Positions 62,111-64,000 of a stretch of DNA of 64,000 bases are shown one piece after another. The position numbers were made by a program, and so were the translations under genes. Each line of letters starts with the position of its first letter. Within the stretch, counting starts at the first letter, position 1. This stretch comes from Acidimicrobiia bacterium (GTDB lineage Bacteria; Actinomycetota; Acidimicrobiia; Spongiisociales; ZC4RG35), in assembly GCA_965215185.1 (NCBI GenBank), contig OZ244034.1, positions 1,792,001 through 1,856,000 of the forward strand, given 5' to 3'. The notes beneath the pieces were generated by a model. It did no database searches and was not told the DNA's origin. It was given only the letters and a program-made list of their open reading frames with translations.

Positions 62111-63276
62111 ATTCGCACGTTCATCTTCACCGCCAGGTTCTCAAAGCTGGCGCCCGTCAACCCAGTCAGGGCATACGCCTCGCGATATGGCAAACGCCCC
62201 TTTTTAACAGCACGCACCACCGCCGCGCCAAACCGCCGACCTATGCGAGTGTTCTGGTTGTTCCAGAAGTTACCGCCGTCGTTTCCGGTCTCTTTCTTGT
62301 GGTGCTCCTCCGACAAATACGCCTGGTAGAAGGCAAAGAAGGAGGGTCGGCCGATCAGCCTCAGGTCCAATGCTCGGCGCGCCGCAACTATTGCGCTGAC
62401 TTTGAACCGCCGGGCCACCTCTTGAAAGGGATCGATGGTTTCAGCGATCTTCGGCCAATAGTCCCGGAGCACCTCACTTGGGATCAGAAACTCCGCAGCA
62501 ACTTTGTTACAGAAGATCTCGATTCCATGAGGTACGGGCTGCATCTGGTTGAAAGTTGAAACACCGTCTTCTCCGATCAAAACATGTGCCAGTTCATGAA
62601 CCAGGGTGAACATCTGCGCCGACTTGAAGTCCGCGTTGTTAACAAAGATCAACGGGGAGTATTCATCCACTAGGGCAAACCCGCGAAATTCGTCTCGGTC
62701 CAGAGGCCGGGAAGTGTTATTGCCCACGACTCCGTTTATAACTACCAGCACCCCCGCCTCTTCCAGGCGCTCTCGGAGGGAACGAAGCGCATTGGTCCAG
62801 TTCGCCTCACCCGCCGCCCAGTCGCCCTCCAATCCCAAGGCGTCTCGCAGCGCCTCAGCGACTGTCTCTGGGGAATCAGTAGTTGTGAACGTCCCAACGA
62901 AAGGGAGGGGTGGCACTTCATCTTCGATGAGTTCCCCGCGCATCCAAGCTTGGCGACGTTGCATTTGATACACCGTTTCCAGCAGATTGGGGCTTGGCCG
63001 GCGGAGAGGCTGGTCGCCTACCGTGCGGAAATCGGCTATCGGCAAAACATCTTTGGGTGGTTCGGTTAAGAACAAGAATCCCAAGGGGGTATGAGTAACG
63101 CGCGCCAGCTGGTCCGCCTGAGCAATGCTGATGGTGCCGGAGACTTCCCAGTCTTGTGCCCGCTCCGGTCTGACCTTGGTCTTCTTGGCCAGATCACCAA
63201 CGCTCAGCCCAGCCCGCTCCCGAGCCCACCGCAACACTTCCGGTTGCAAAGTTATCTTTAATCGCCGGGCGCTCAT
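62107..63276 (-). CDS. XRE-HTH + ImmA/IrrE Zn metallopeptidase
   Basis: LRWARERAGLS HTH, DFRT, FTLVHELAH, CNKVAAEFL. Confidence 0.9.
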   Translation of the reverse strand: MSARRLKITLQPEVLRWARERAGLSVGDLAKKTKVRPERAQDWEVSGTISIAQADQLARVTHTPLGFLFLTEPPKDVLPIADFRTVGDQPLRRPSPNLLETVYQMQRRQAWMRGELIEDEVPPLPFVGTFTTTDSPETVAEALRDALGLEGDWAAGEANWTNALRSLRERLEEAGVLVVINGVVGNNTSRPLDRDEFRGFALVDEYSPLIFVNNADFKSAQMFTLVHELAHVLIGEDGVSTFNQMQPVPHGIEIFCNKVAAEFLIPSEVLRDYWPKIAETIDPFQEVARRFKVSAIVAARRALDLRLIGRPSFFAFYQAYLSEEHHKKETGNDGGNFWNNQNTRIGRRFGAAVVRAVKKGRLPYREAYALTGLTGASFENLAVKMNVRM

Positions 63277-63348
63277 CGTTCGTATCTCCTCCCGCGATAT
63301 TTGTCGAACTTGTTTGATCCTATCAAAGTACCGCTAGCCGTCCATGAG

Positions 63349-63753
63349 TCAGCGTTCCACTCGATAGGGCACAGTGGCCTCGGCGAAGCCTTTGGGGGTG
63401 CGTTGGGGTTTTCCGGCCAGGTTGGTGAAGGCCGCCTTGATTTCCACCGTCGCCACCGGCTCGGATCCCACCCGAGCGATCTGAGACCAGCGGGTGGAGG
63501 CGCGGCGCACCTCCCTTACCTCGGTGGTGACTTGGATTGAGTCGCCCAAGCGTGCCGGCGTGAAGTATTTGATAATGGCCTCCACCAGAACGATCTGCAG
63601 ACCCATCTGGTGTAACTGATCCATGCTGAAGCCCATCTCGTCCAGCAGATCCACCCGGGCTGTCTCGAAAAAGCTCAGATACCGGGCGTGATTGACGTGG
63701 TTGTAGGGGTCGAGGTCGGCAAAGCGCACCCGTAGAGTGGTCTGATGAGCCAT
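63349..63753 (-). CDS. Acyl-CoA thioesterase (4HBT/YbgC-like)
   Basis: RFADLDPYNHVNHARYLSFFETAR. Confidence 0.9.
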   Translation of the reverse strand: MAHQTTLRVRFADLDPYNHVNHARYLSFFETARVDLLDEMGFSMDQLHQMGLQIVLVEAIIKYFTPARLGDSIQVTTEVREVRRASTRWSQIARVGSEPVATVEIKAAFTNLAGKPQRTPKGFAEATVPYRVER

Positions 63754-63827
63754 GTCAGAAGGCTAGTGAAACCTAAAAGCACTAATACTTTTTGAATAGG
63801 TTCCCGACTTCCGTAGCCTTTGGCTTT

Positions 63828-64000
63828 GTGGCAAAAGTAGCCCGATTCCCCTTGGTCCGCCTGATCTACTTCATCCTGGGTTTGGTCTGTTTGGGCTTTG
63901 TCTTCATAAGTTGGCTGCCGGGCATTCCCACCGCCGACTTTGTGATCCTGGCCCTGTTCTTCTTCGTCCGCTCTTCCCGGCGGTTTGAGATGTGGCTGCG
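63828..64000 (+). CDS. YbaN/DUF454 family membrane protein, 3'-truncated by window
   Basis: Manual translation: LPGIPTADFVILALFFFVRSSRRFEMWL. Confidence 0.7.
   Translation, partial: MAKVARFPLVRLIYFILGLVCLGFVFISWLPGIPTADFVILALFFFVRSSRRFEMWL

Overview
GC-rich actinobacterial DNA. Mycothiol/F420-type genes, leaderless-style promoters, SLH and SLH-PD40 proteins suggest Acidimicrobiia, possibly host-associated (inference). About 1-28 kb and 45.7-51.3 kb are metabolic: ABC transporters, TPP E1 alpha/beta, an orphan Mo-hydroxylase, ino1, biotin carboxylase, a P450/ferredoxin/ABC/LLM cluster and form I CO dehydrogenase coxMSL. Two accessory structures stand out. (1) At 28.2-45.7 kb, a region dominated by Cre-like tyrosine recombinases. 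A conserved TGTCCGGTAA half-site sits at successive gene boundaries (hypothetical genes, mazEF, the recombinase, an S-layer gene). Lox/dif-like sites with a shared 16-bp core and mirror-image duplicated modules surround nuoABCD. (2) A 1433-bp element (52345-53777) with a catalytically intact TnpB bounded by 23-bp terminal inverted repeats and an 8-bp target-site duplication. These are DDE-type ends, not IS200/IS605/IS607 ends. Many single-base frameshifts occur and some may be assembly errors. No rRNA, tRNA or CRISPR array was seen.
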